From positions 77,759 through 141,758 of the forward strand of contig JAPDJI010000017.1 in the NCBI GenBank assembly GCA_029259155.1: a stretch of 64,000 nucleotides of DNA, in the 5' to 3' direction. Shown in pieces: positions 28,895-38,022 of this stretch; the first letter of the stretch is position 1; each line of letters starts with the position of its first letter. The DNA is from Candidatus Methanomethylicia archaeon (GTDB taxonomy: Archaea > Thermoproteota > Methanomethylicia > Nezhaarchaeales > B40-G2). Both the position numbers and the translations under genes were made by a program. A model generated the notes under the pieces. It saw nothing but the letters and a program-made list of their open reading frames with translations, was not told the DNA's origin and did no database searches.

Positions 28895-29581
28895 GTGATA
28901 GATTTGAAGGTGATAGCAGCCGACTCAGCTTCAGCCTTGCTGGATTACTCTTATAGACCCACCGAGATCTTGGCGATTGCCGCTATAGTAGCTGAACCCC
29001 CATACCTTGAACCAGTATACTGCGAAGCCTACCCTCTTTTTAGACCTGTAGGTGATAGGAGCGTGCTCCTAGAGGAGTTTAAGCTATGTCTCAAGCTCCT
29101 AGACACTCATAGACCTGACGAGCTTCACCTCGATATAACAGCGGGCTCCATAGACCTATCCACCACGAATGTTGAGGAAGCCTTGACCTTTCTATCTTCT
29201 AAGGCAAGGAAAGCCCTCGGCGAGGTCCTACCTAGCTTAGTAGAGGAGCTTAGAAGGTCGGGGGTAAAAGTGTCCTGCCTATTAATAGGCAAAGAAAGCT
29301 TACCTGTTAGGTTAGCGGAGCTTACAGCAGGGGTTTATGGAGTGTACTACGCTTCTCTTAAGGCTTTACAGGAGAACGCGGAGGTGAGAGTAGGTTTACC
29401 TAAGGCCTCTACCCTTAAGGTTGAAGGGGCCTCTATGTGGCTTGAGAGCCTCCTACCTGGAGAGGAGAGGGTTAAGGGCTGCGCCGTATCTAACATAGAT
29501 CTACAAGGGCTTAGTCTCATAGAACACCCAAATCCAGTAGCTGCAGGTTTCAGGGTTGTGGCGATACGCCCTAGGAGGTGA
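28895..29581 (+). CDS. DUF4152-like protein (probable RNase H-like fold)
   Basis: IAADSASALLD, VAEPPY, PDELHLD, IGKESLPVRLAEL, NPVAAGF. Confidence 0.65.
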   Translation: MIDLKVIAADSASALLDYSYRPTEILAIAAIVAEPPYLEPVYCEAYPLFRPVGDRSVLLEEFKLCLKLLDTHRPDELHLDITAGSIDLSTTNVEEALTFLSSKARKALGEVLPSLVEELRRSGVKVSCLLIGKESLPVRLAELTAGVYGVYYASLKALQENAEVRVGLPKASTLKVEGASMWLESLLPGEERVKGCAVSNIDLQGLSLIEHPNPVAAGFRVVAIRPRR

Positions 29582-30337
29582 GTGAAGGTGAACGTACTTT
29601 TCCTCGGTCCAGCTGGTTGTGGAAAAAGCTTATTGACTCATAGATTTGGCGAATGGCTTTCAGAAAGTTTGGGCTTTGAGGTAGGATATGTCAACCTAGA
29701 TCCAGGGTGTGAAACCACCCCTTTTAATCCCGACTTTGATATCAGGGAGCTTTTCACCGTGCAGGGGATCATGAAGCTCGAAGGCTTAGGCCCTAATGGA
29801 GCCATGGTAAGAGCGTCGAAGCTCATGGAGGAAAGGTGTGATGAAATCGTGGAGAAGGTTTCTTCTATAGGCAAGGAGCTTACGTTAATTGACACACCTG
29901 GACAGATGGAAATCTTCGTTTTTAGGCCTACAGGACCTAACATTGTTAAAAGGCTTAAGGCCATTAGGCATACCGTGTCTGTCTTTATAGTTGATCCTAC
30001 CTTAGCTAGCTCACCTTCAGAGCTCGTGGTGTCCATGATGCTAGGGATAGCTTCTCAACTACGCTTAGAAACCCCCACGGTGATGGTGGCGAATAAAGCT
30101 GACGTGGAGGCTAAGATTGAAATCGAGAAGTTGTTAGACAACTACGCTAAGCTACGTAAGATGGTAAAGACCAGTGAAGGCGCCTTTACCGACCTTGCTT
30201 TAAGCTGTGTCTCAATCATTAGGAGGCTTGCTCAGGCCTCAAGGGTAGTTAAAGTTTCAGCTAAGACAGGTTTAGGGATGGATGCCTTATACGATTTAAT
30301 ACATGAATCTCGCTCCACATGTGGGGATCTAACATAG
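29582..30337 (+). CDS. GPN-loop GTPase
   Basis: GPAGCGKS, VNLDPG, LGPNG, IDTPGQME, NKAD, VSAKTG. Confidence 0.95.
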   Translation: MKVNVLFLGPAGCGKSLLTHRFGEWLSESLGFEVGYVNLDPGCETTPFNPDFDIRELFTVQGIMKLEGLGPNGAMVRASKLMEERCDEIVEKVSSIGKELTLIDTPGQMEIFVFRPTGPNIVKRLKAIRHTVSVFIVDPTLASSPSELVVSMMLGIASQLRLETPTVMVANKADVEAKIEIEKLLDNYAKLRKMVKTSEGAFTDLALSCVSIIRRLAQASRVVKVSAKTGLGMDALYDLIHESRSTCGDLT

Positions 30338-30933
30338 GGGTCTTTGAAGTTTTCTTAGGGGTGGAAGGGGTGCCGCGTGATCTTATGGAACGGATTAAGC
30401 TTCTCCTAGACCCTCCTCAACCCATAGTTCCCAAGATAAAAGAGCCTTGGGCAGCAGTTACAATTATCTTGACCGATGCTGAAGGCCTGTTTAAGGTCTT
30501 AATGATTAAGAGGAGGGCTAGGCAGGGGGATCCATGGTCTGGCCATGTCGCCTTCCCAGGTGGATTTTACTTAAGTAGTGATGTAGATACTTTAACAACA
30601 GCTCTTCGAGAAGTCGCCGAGGAGGTGGGAATTAACATAGAGCCTGAGAGTGTTGTGGGGATGTTAAATGTCGCTTCCCCGGTTAATAGACCCGAGGTTA
30701 AAGTAGCTCCTTATGTGGCTTACTTGGAGAAAGAGCCGTTAACAAAGCCCGGTATCGAGGTGGAGGAGGTTTTTTGGGCTCCACTAAAAGGTCTGAGGCG
30801 CGAGAAAGTGAAGGTAGATTCAGTATATGGTGTTTTAGAGGTCGAAGCTTTTAAGCATGGAAGCCACATAATATGGGGGCTCACGGCAAGGTTACTCAAC
30901 GAGCTCTTGAACAAGCTAGCCCCCTTACTTTGA
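30319..30933 (+). CDS. Nudix hydrolase, CoA pyrophosphatase-like
   Basis: DPWSGHVAFPGG...TALREVAEEVG Nudix box; IWGLTA. Confidence 0.9.
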   Translation: MWGSNIGVFEVFLGVEGVPRDLMERIKLLLDPPQPIVPKIKEPWAAVTIILTDAEGLFKVLMIKRRARQGDPWSGHVAFPGGFYLSSDVDTLTTALREVAEEVGINIEPESVVGMLNVASPVNRPEVKVAPYVAYLEKEPLTKPGIEVEEVFWAPLKGLRREKVKVDSVYGVLEVEAFKHGSHIIWGLTARLLNELLNKLAPLL

Positions 30934-31122
30934 TCTCCCATAATCTTCGCTAACCCCCGTTCTCATCCCTGTCCACTACATTCGTGGCTTCCCTGGATAT
31001 ATCAACAACCGGTTTTCCTAAAGTCGCGAAGGTCCTAGGGACTTAAATAGGAGAGGCCTAATATGCCTGTTGAACACAAGCGCTTAATATCTACGCAAGC
31101 TGATAGGTAAGGGGCTCTCAAC

Positions 31123-31866
31123 ATGAAGCCGCTGCTTGAGATTGAAGGCTTAAGTGTAGAGGTTGAAGGTAGGCAGGTAATTAGGGATCTAAGCCTTGTT
31201 GTGCCTGAAGGGGAGACCTATGTTATCTTTGGCCCTAACGGCTCGGGTAAAACATCCTTACTCATGAGCATCATGGGGGTTCCTCCTTATAAAGTGGTTA
31301 AGGGTAAGATCCTCTTTGAAGGTAAAGACTTATCGGATTTTCCTACCGATGAGCGCGCGAGAATGGGGATAGCATTAGCTTTTCAGTACCCTCCAGAGGT
31401 TAGAGGGGTCAAACTAAAAGATCTGTTAAAGATCTGTGTAGGCAAGAAACCTGAAGAGGAGCTTAGCGAGGATGTCCTAAAGCTAGCTGAAAGGCTTAGG
31501 TTGCTTGATCTGCTTGATCGCGAAGTACACGTAGGCTTTTCTGGAGGCGAGCGTAAGAGGGCGGAGGTATTGATGGTGTTATCCATGAAGCCCAAGCTCC
31601 TCTTATTGGACGAACCGGACTCAGGCGTGGACGTGGAGAGCCTTAGATTGATAGGCAAGGAGATTCAAAGCTACCTCAAGTCGACGGGCTCTTCCTCCAT
31701 CATAGTTACGCATCAAGGACAGGTCTTAGAGCATATTCAGGCACAGAAGGCATGCGTTATCTTCGGTGGCATCGTGTATTGCTATAGGGAGCCTAAAAGA
31801 ATCTTCGAAACTATAAGCGAGGTAGGCTATAAGGCCTGCATCGAGTGCATGGGGAGAAACCTATAA
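31123..31866 (+). CDS. sufC: SufC-like/SmsC Fe-S assembly ABC ATPase
   Basis: GPNGSGKT, LAFQYPPE, GFSGGERKR, LDEPDSG; C-terminal C...CxxC. Confidence 0.93.
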   Translation: MKPLLEIEGLSVEVEGRQVIRDLSLVVPEGETYVIFGPNGSGKTSLLMSIMGVPPYKVVKGKILFEGKDLSDFPTDERARMGIALAFQYPPEVRGVKLKDLLKICVGKKPEEELSEDVLKLAERLRLLDLLDREVHVGFSGGERKRAEVLMVLSMKPKLLLLDEPDSGVDVESLRLIGKEIQSYLKSTGSSSIIVTHQGQVLEHIQAQKACVIFGGIVYCYREPKRIFETISEVGYKACIECMGRNL

Positions 31867-31884
31867 TCGAGGAGGTTTAAAGTC

Positions 31885-33006
31885 TTGTCTAAGAACCCTC
31901 TCTATGATATTCCTCATCAGATCCTCCAAGCCGCTTTCAAGGTAGGAGTAGAGTCTGATGAGTCTAAGAGGAGCGCTACCTATTTTCAAATAGATCATTC
32001 CAAGATTTTGGCCGCGGTTAACGAGTATTACAAGGGTAAGGTTGAGGTACTGAGCATGATAGATGCCTTAAAGAAACATGATTGGCTCAAAGGATACTTA
32101 TGGAGACTAATACCTCCAGATAAGGATGAGTATACCCGTAGAGTGGAGGAGGCGTTTGGAGGAGGCTATTTCATAAGGATCATGCCTGGAGCAAGGGTAG
32201 ATCTCCCTTTACAGACTTGCTTAATGATAGCTAAAGAGGGATTTGAGCAGGCCATACATAACATAATAATTGCCGAGGAGAACTCGGATGCCCATATAAT
32301 AACTGGTTGCACTCTTCATCCTCACATCCACTCAGGTTTGCATATAGGAGTTTCGGAGTTCTTCATTAAGAAGGGGGCGAAGCTGAGCTTTACTATGATA
32401 CATAGCTGGAATGTAGGTACTGTAGTTAAACCTAGAAGCGCTATACTGATTGAGGAGAGAGGCGTTTTCATTTCCAACTACATTTGCCTGAACCCCGTAA
32501 AGGAGGTACAGGCGTATCCTGTAGCTTACATAACTGGGAGGCATGGGATAGCTGTTTTTAACAACGTTCTCTACGCTACTAAGTCCTCGTTGATGGATAT
32601 AGGATCCAAAGTAGAACTCAATGCACCAGAGGCTAGAGGTGAATCTGTATCGAGAGTAGTAGCAGCAGGGGGTTCAAGGATAGTGTCAAGGGGGATGATG
32701 AAAGCAGATTCCTCGCCGGTTAAAGCACATCTTGAATGTAGGGGGCTCATACTTGACGATAGCTCAGTGATCCATGCAATCCCCGAGCTCGTAGGTATGA
32801 AGAGGGATGTAGACTTATCTCATGAGGCGGCTGTGGGCAAGATAGCTGACCATGAAATAGCTTACTTGATGACTAGAGGATTATCGAGGGAAGAGGCGAT
32901 CTCTACTATTGTGAGAGGCTTCCTTAACGTGGAACTTCTAGGACTGCCTCAAGAATTAACGACAGAAATAAACGCGCTCATAGCTATGTTAGCCAAAGGG
33001 ATGTAA
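31885..33006 (+). CDS. sufB: SufB-like/SmsB Fe-S scaffold protein
   Basis: HIITGC, HLECRGLIL, AIPEL, LSHEAAVGKI..YLMTRG. Confidence 0.93.
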   Translation: MSKNPLYDIPHQILQAAFKVGVESDESKRSATYFQIDHSKILAAVNEYYKGKVEVLSMIDALKKHDWLKGYLWRLIPPDKDEYTRRVEEAFGGGYFIRIMPGARVDLPLQTCLMIAKEGFEQAIHNIIIAEENSDAHIITGCTLHPHIHSGLHIGVSEFFIKKGAKLSFTMIHSWNVGTVVKPRSAILIEERGVFISNYICLNPVKEVQAYPVAYITGRHGIAVFNNVLYATKSSLMDIGSKVELNAPEARGESVSRVVAAGGSRIVSRGMMKADSSPVKAHLECRGLILDDSSVIHAIPELVGMKRDVDLSHEAAVGKIADHEIAYLMTRGLSREEAISTIVRGFLNVELLGLPQELTTEINALIAMLAKGM

Positions 33007-33035
33007 AACATCGCTTCAAACTTACTTTACATGAG

Positions 33036-33377
33036 CTACTCAAAGCTGACGTATGGAGGCTTAAGAATGTAAGATGAACTTAGCCTTGCTCCTTTAACTA
33101 CGAATTTTCCCTCAAAGTCGATGGTTAGAACGTCTCCTACTCTCTCCAACAACTCAGGGTTCAAGTATATCTCAAGGCTCTCGGCTTTCAACTTGAAATC
33201 ACTATCCTCTCCACGCTCCTCAGTCACTTCTATTAGTGGGACGATAGCGCAGACATCCCCCATACAGCAAGTGGTCCATTCATAAACCTCTTCCCTTACA
33301 CGTAGTCTTAATGCTTCGATTTTCTTCTCCTTTATCTTTGCCACAGCCTCCTCTGTCAAATCGACTTTAAGGTTCAT
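33036..33377 (-). CDS. HesB/IscA-like small protein with CC motif
   Basis: VDLTEEAVAKI N-terminus, TTCCMGDVC, LEIYLNPEL..LTIDF. Confidence 0.55.
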   Translation of the reverse strand: MNLKVDLTEEAVAKIKEKKIEALRLRVREEVYEWTTCCMGDVCAIVPLIEVTEERGEDSDFKLKAESLEIYLNPELLERVGDVLTIDFEGKFVVKGARLSSSYILKPPYVSFE

Positions 33378-33739
33378 GTGAACTCCTCCTTCTCGAGAAT
33401 CTGAAGGACCTTCTGGTAATAATCTTCGAGCTTAGCTTTGATGATGTTTTTTATCTTGTCCGGAGGAGCTGCCTCATAGATGTAATAGTACCCTCCTCTA
33501 TCGATAATGCCCTCCTTCCTCAAAGCTAGCCCTCTATTGACTAGGTTCTTGACCGCTCTTTGAATGGTGGGCCTGCTCTTACCTATTACGTTAGCTAGCT
33601 CCCTAACGGTCATGCGCCCGCCTCGAAGGAGGGTTAAGTAAACTTGCAGCTCTACGTCTTGTAGGCCTAAAGTACACTTAGCTAATTCCTTTAGATTGGT
33701 TACTGAGGGTAACTTCTCATAGAGCTCTTCTGCGGACAA
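33374..33739 (-). CDS. TrmB-like wHTH transcriptional regulator
   Basis: CTLGL..VELQVYLTLL, TVRELANVIGKSRPTIQRAVKNL, GGYYYIY. Confidence 0.85.
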   Translation of the reverse strand: MSAEELYEKLPSVTNLKELAKCTLGLQDVELQVYLTLLRGGRMTVRELANVIGKSRPTIQRAVKNLVNRGLALRKEGIIDRGGYYYIYEAAPPDKIKNIIKAKLEDYYQKVLQILEKEEFT

Positions 33740-33808
33740 GGTCTCTTGAAATTTTTAAGTCAACGAATATATAAGATTTTATCTCGTTTGTTCAACAATC
33801 GTAATCAA

Positions 33809-34684
33809 CTATTCCTTAACAGCTACTACGCTCATGAGCTCCTTTGAGACTTTAACCGTGAATCCAACCATTTTAAGCCTTCTAGATACTCCTTGAACAA
33901 TATCCATGCCTCTAGTCCTTGACCCTGGTAGCCCTGTGTAGTGGTTAAGAGCTCCTCCTTTCTTGAGGACGCGGTATAACTCTCGATAAAAATCTACGCT
34001 ATAAAGCCCTGTGGCCTGAGAAATTGTTGGCGGATCATGGATGATGGCGTCGAACGCTTCATCTTCGAACTCCACTACGGCTTTAGCGGCGTCTCCAAGC
34101 ATCGTCCTTATCTGCTGATTTTCTAATCCCTTTGACCAAGGATTAGCCTCAGCCATCCTAAGTACGTTAACGTCCTTCTCTATGGTCCAAACCTCTGAGG
34201 CTCCTTTTCTTAAAGATATTATAGCTGTGTAACCTAGCCCTGTACAGATATCGAGGATTTTCATACCTTTCTTTATACTGGTTACCTCCACCTTCATGTA
34301 AGCATCGTCCCAAGGCGTGACTCCCTCAACTCTGTGCATGTTTACACCGTTTACCTCTAAAGTGGGCGCTTTATCCTCAGCTACCTTCTTAAGCTTGTAT
34401 AGCTTGCCTTCAGTGTAAAGCACTGCTTTACGAAGCCTTCCTGGAGGCTCTAAGATATAAATGGCGTCTTCGTCCTTTAACGCCCATTTCAATTCCTCGT
34501 AGCTTACGGTATGATCCTCTATAACCACACCATCGTCGAGGAGCTCCACTAAAGCCTTAGAAAGCCCTAGGTTAAAGGTCAGCGACAGGCTTCGACCTCC
34601 TTCCTCCTTAGCTTTTAGCAAGGATTTAGCAGCCTCGCTGGTAAGGATGGGCATGTTAAGGCTTCTGAACTCGTAGAGCTTCAT
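33809..34684 (-). CDS. Archaeal SAM-dependent methyltransferase (COG2521-like)
   Basis: PTLEVNGVNMH, LDICTGLGYTA, IIHDPP, FYRELYRVLKKGG. Confidence 0.85.
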   Translation of the reverse strand: MKLYEFRSLNMPILTSEAAKSLLKAKEEGGRSLSLTFNLGLSKALVELLDDGVVIEDHTVSYEELKWALKDEDAIYILEPPGRLRKAVLYTEGKLYKLKKVAEDKAPTLEVNGVNMHRVEGVTPWDDAYMKVEVTSIKKGMKILDICTGLGYTAIISLRKGASEVWTIEKDVNVLRMAEANPWSKGLENQQIRTMLGDAAKAVVEFEDEAFDAIIHDPPTISQATGLYSVDFYRELYRVLKKGGALNHYTGLPGSRTRGMDIVQGVSRRLKMVGFTVKVSKELMSVVAVKE

Positions 34685-34771
34685 GTAGTGTCCTCCAGGC
34701 TCTACGTACGCCTAGAGGCAGCGTAGAGCTAAAACATTTCGCTAGTAGATCTACAAAAAATCATATGGAGA

Positions 34772-34972
34772 TTAACCGTATACTTTGAGGCTCCGTAACT
34801 CCTTGTTCCGCTGCTCCCAAAGCTCCTTCTTTAGGAGGTCTCTGACCGCCACCCTTATTGCCTCACTTCGGTTTGGATAGAACCTCTGATTAACAAGCTC
34901 ATCTAAGCCTTGGATGTAAGCGTCAGGTAAGTGGACGGTTAGTATCCTGAGCTCATTCTTCACTCCTTTCAT
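34772..34972 (-). CDS. Ribbon-helix-helix regulator (CdrS/CopG-like)
   Basis: RILTVHLP..LDELV..FYPNRSEAIRVAVRDLL. Confidence 0.88.
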   Translation of the reverse strand: MKGVKNELRILTVHLPDAYIQGLDELVNQRFYPNRSEAIRVAVRDLLKKELWEQRNKELRSLKVYG

Positions 34973-35146
34973 GTATTCACCATGTTATTAGTGAGGCCAC
35001 TGAAGTTTTAAAGTTGAGCGTTACGAAGAGGCTCTCCAGATAACATCTAGGTAACAGGCTTGCATGTCAATCTCTTAATCATCTGCTCTACTCAAGTAGA
35101 CTTTATTATCTAGAAGCTTAGAGCTCCAGTTGTCGAAGTGTTGTAG

Positions 35147-35326
35147 CTAAGCTTTAACTTGTTGCTTAAGTAACGTTACTTGCTCTCCTTCAGCACTACA
35201 GCCTGGACACTTCCAGGCATCAGGGTCGAAGGGGTCATCGAGCCACACATGACCACACTTAAGGCACTTAAAATACTCCAGCTCCACCCAGCCAAAGGGA
35301 CATTGAGCACAGCTTCTACAGCTCAT
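35147..35326 (-). CDS. Small Cys-rich zinc-ribbon protein (59 aa)
   Basis: Not in ORF track: MSCRSCAQCPFGWVELEYFKCLKCGHVWLDDPFDPDAWKCPGCSAEGEQVTLLKQQVKA; GAGG SD upstream. Confidence 0.65.
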   Translation of the reverse strand: MSCRSCAQCPFGWVELEYFKCLKCGHVWLDDPFDPDAWKCPGCSAEGEQVTLLKQQVKA

Positions 35327-35577
35327 CGTTATCCTCAGCTGCTTAAGTTAGGTCCTTAGATTTAAGGATTGTCTCAGAAGATCGTTAACCCTCGGTCTAC
35401 CTAAGGTTGTTCTGAGGTTTAATGCCATCAACTTTCTGTCACGCCCCTTTATGTGATTGTAGCACTGATTAGTTTTAACGCCTTCAAAGCCAGAGCTCAG
35501 GCTCGGTTTTTCTAATTCTGTTTTGTAAAAACCCCTATATTCTTTAAATCAAGTAAGATTACGGAGGATTTATTTTA

Positions 35578-36001
35578 TTGGAAAGAGTTCCAACATGAAT
35601 TGAAGGACTAGATGAATAGTTAGAAGGAAGGCATCCGAAGGGGCGCAGCGTACTTGCATGCGGCGGCCCAGGGAGTGGTAAAACTATCCTTTCGATACAG
35701 TTTCTAGTCAATGGCATTAAGAAGTATAATGAACCAGGCGTGTTCGTGACGCTTGTCGACTCTCCGTCCATCCTCAAGGGGGACATGAAAAGGTTTGGCT
35801 GGGACCTATGAAGACCTCGAGAAACAGTCGAAACTAGCGATAGTTGACCTTCCCTCATTAATCCACATAAAGCGTGAAGAGGCCAGGAAAGCAATGCTTG
35901 GCGTTCAAATGGCAAAGTTTACGATAGAAAGCGTCCTAGTGGCGATCGAGTATGCGAAGAGAATTAAAGATATGTTTGAGGCGCAGTCGCAAAGGAAATA
36001 A
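35578..36001 (+). pseudogene. Degraded KaiC/RecA-superfamily ATPase
   Basis: TTG-ERVPT*IEGLDE*LEG..KGRSVLACGGPGSGKTILSIQFL..EPGVFVTL...RFGWDL, then a frameshift into EDLEKQSKLAIVD; two in-frame stops, truncated. Confidence 0.85.
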
Positions 36002-36608
36002 AACCTAAGAAAAGGATGAGCGTGGAGAGACGCAGATAATTGCTTTCCTACATGTTATGAAAGATGGGAGGGTAATTGAGTAGTTTAAGTCGGAAGACTC
36101 TCCCCAAATCACTAAGAATTCCCTATCCTGAATTGACAATGCATCTATTATAACCGCGTTGATATACTTTGGGCTAGGTTCAAAGCTCTATAGGGCGATC
36201 GAGACCACGGTTTTCGCTCACCCTATCCTTCTATACGTATTATTCATGGACAATACTGGTATTTTCATATATGTGCTAAGGTTACGAAAAATCTTGGCGC
36301 GAGGATCGTTAGCTCATCCTTTCTCCTTTGGGCCTTTGGCCACATAATATTTGTAGTGCCTTATTTTGGAATGGGAATACTGATCGCGGGGGTCCTAGGT
36401 TGGTCCTTCGGCTTCATCTTTAGAGCGTTGCTTTTATAGGGTTCTTAATGATGATAACAAGAGAGCCACGCTAAGTATATTATTAAGGCTGTCAGGGAAT
36501 AGCGAGACTGGTTTTTATCTTGTCATTAAGCTTGGCTTTTTCCGTTTAATAACCTTTACCTTCTCTATGCAGGTTAAGGTTCTAGCTACTGCTTTTTCAT
36601 CTTCAAAT

Positions 36609-37976
36609 TTACTTCCTTTCAAGATATTTAGTTATCTTCTCCTGCTTCTTTAAGTCGCCCAGAAGCTTACTTACACTAAACCAGGCTTCAGGCCTAATCT
36701 TAAGCTTAGAAAAAGCGTATTGCAAAACTTCCTCGGCTGAGCTGAAGGTAACCGGCTTTCTCCTCAAAGCTTCTCTAACCGCTTCTCTAACGATCCAGAC
36801 TCCAACCGGTAATAAGTAGCCTGGCCTAGCTTCGCGTAGAATTAAGACTTGGGCCTGTCTTCTCTCCTTTGCCAAAGCTTCGGTTACAGCTAACCTAGCA
36901 GCATAGTAGCAGCCACCCATGGAGGCGTAGGTAGCTCTCCCCCAGTATCCTTCCCAGTCACCGCAGAAAGCTAGGTTTCCTTGATCTGGGTTCCAGGCTG
37001 TACCTGGGTACCAAGCCTCTATGGATTCATAGCTCCAGTTACCAGGCATCATGAGAATGAGGAACTCGTTGTCTAACACATTAAGAGAGTACACCCTGTA
37101 CTCGCTTAACTCCCTCCCTCTCTTAACCACCTCGTCCCGAAGCCTCCTTGAAAGAGTACTATCCACAGCTGTAATGCTCCAGCGCGTAGGCACTAATCTT
37201 CGCCTACCCTTGAGCCCCATGACCCCGACGCTGAAGGCTCTTTGAAGCTGTGAGATAGGTACTCCATCTAGGTAAAGCTTCATTAAGGCCTCTTCGGCCT
37301 TAAGATCCACGTCGCTGAAGGCTTTCTCTAAGCCTCGATGTACTTTGACTTCTTCCACCCTCAGCTTTTCCATGGGGGCTGAAGGGCCCATAGGCTGCAC
37401 ATCATCATCCAGTAGCAGGGAGGCTATGGGCTTTCTCTTAAACCAGACTTCAGCCCCTACAGGGGTTGCTGAGAGTGCAGCCTCTTGGACAGCCTCAAGC
37501 AGTCTATTAGGCTCCTCAGCCTCTTTCACGTGAGCTCTAGCTTTACCTCTCACTAGCTTAACCCTCATGTCTACGACGTTCTCGATACCTAAGCCTTGTT
37601 CAAGCCAACGTTCAGGAGCGTCGTAGAGGCTGGTATCGCCTTGAAAGGGAGGGATGAGGGGGCCTACATTGACATATGGGTAACCATGCCTACCCACGAA
37701 GACGGCTGGTGGACTTGAGCCGTACATATTCTGGCTCGTAAGATGTAATCCTACCTTTACGTAGGACCTCAATTTGAGGATGATGGGACAGGTAGGTTTT
37801 CCACACAGCATCTTTGAAGCCTTACAGTATACGCATAGGCTTCCTCGGGGCACCCTAGCTATGAGGCTTTCTTCGAGGTTTAAGTCGTAGGCTGCCTCCT
37901 GGCTATCGATGACGTGCTCTAGCCAAGGGATCTTCCTCTTCACTACCTTGACGAACTTCTTCCCCTTAACCCTCAC
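36609..37976 (-). CDS. Nre family DNA repair protein with C-terminal PIP box
   Basis: CVYCKASKMLCGKPTCP Zn site, GSSPPAVFVG, RLVPTRWSITAVD, GGCYYAARL, PVGVW; QEKITKYL PIP motif. Confidence 0.92.
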   Translation of the reverse strand: MRVKGKKFVKVVKRKIPWLEHVIDSQEAAYDLNLEESLIARVPRGSLCVYCKASKMLCGKPTCPIILKLRSYVKVGLHLTSQNMYGSSPPAVFVGRHGYPYVNVGPLIPPFQGDTSLYDAPERWLEQGLGIENVVDMRVKLVRGKARAHVKEAEEPNRLLEAVQEAALSATPVGAEVWFKRKPIASLLLDDDVQPMGPSAPMEKLRVEEVKVHRGLEKAFSDVDLKAEEALMKLYLDGVPISQLQRAFSVGVMGLKGRRRLVPTRWSITAVDSTLSRRLRDEVVKRGRELSEYRVYSLNVLDNEFLILMMPGNWSYESIEAWYPGTAWNPDQGNLAFCGDWEGYWGRATYASMGGCYYAARLAVTEALAKERRQAQVLILREARPGYLLPVGVWIVREAVREALRRKPVTFSSAEEVLQYAFSKLKIRPEAWFSVSKLLGDLKKQEKITKYLERK

Positions 37977-38022
37977 CTTTTAACCTCTCACTATTCCTCA
38001 CGCGCGAGGTATTTTATTAGGC

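Noticed and set aside
30934-31122. Intergenic stretch upstream of sufC as ncRNA or tRNA
   Set aside because: No cloverleaf, T-loop or C/D boxes recognisable
35593-35619. In-frame TGA and TAG in the KaiC-like frame as Sec/Pyl recoding
   Set aside because: The TGA replaces a conserved Gly (GGA>TGA), and a frameshift and truncation follow; pseudogenisation explains all of it
36159-36347. 62-aa hydrophobic ORF as a real gene
   Set aside because: No SD or recognisable motif; lies in the decayed region and is more likely a pseudogene fragment
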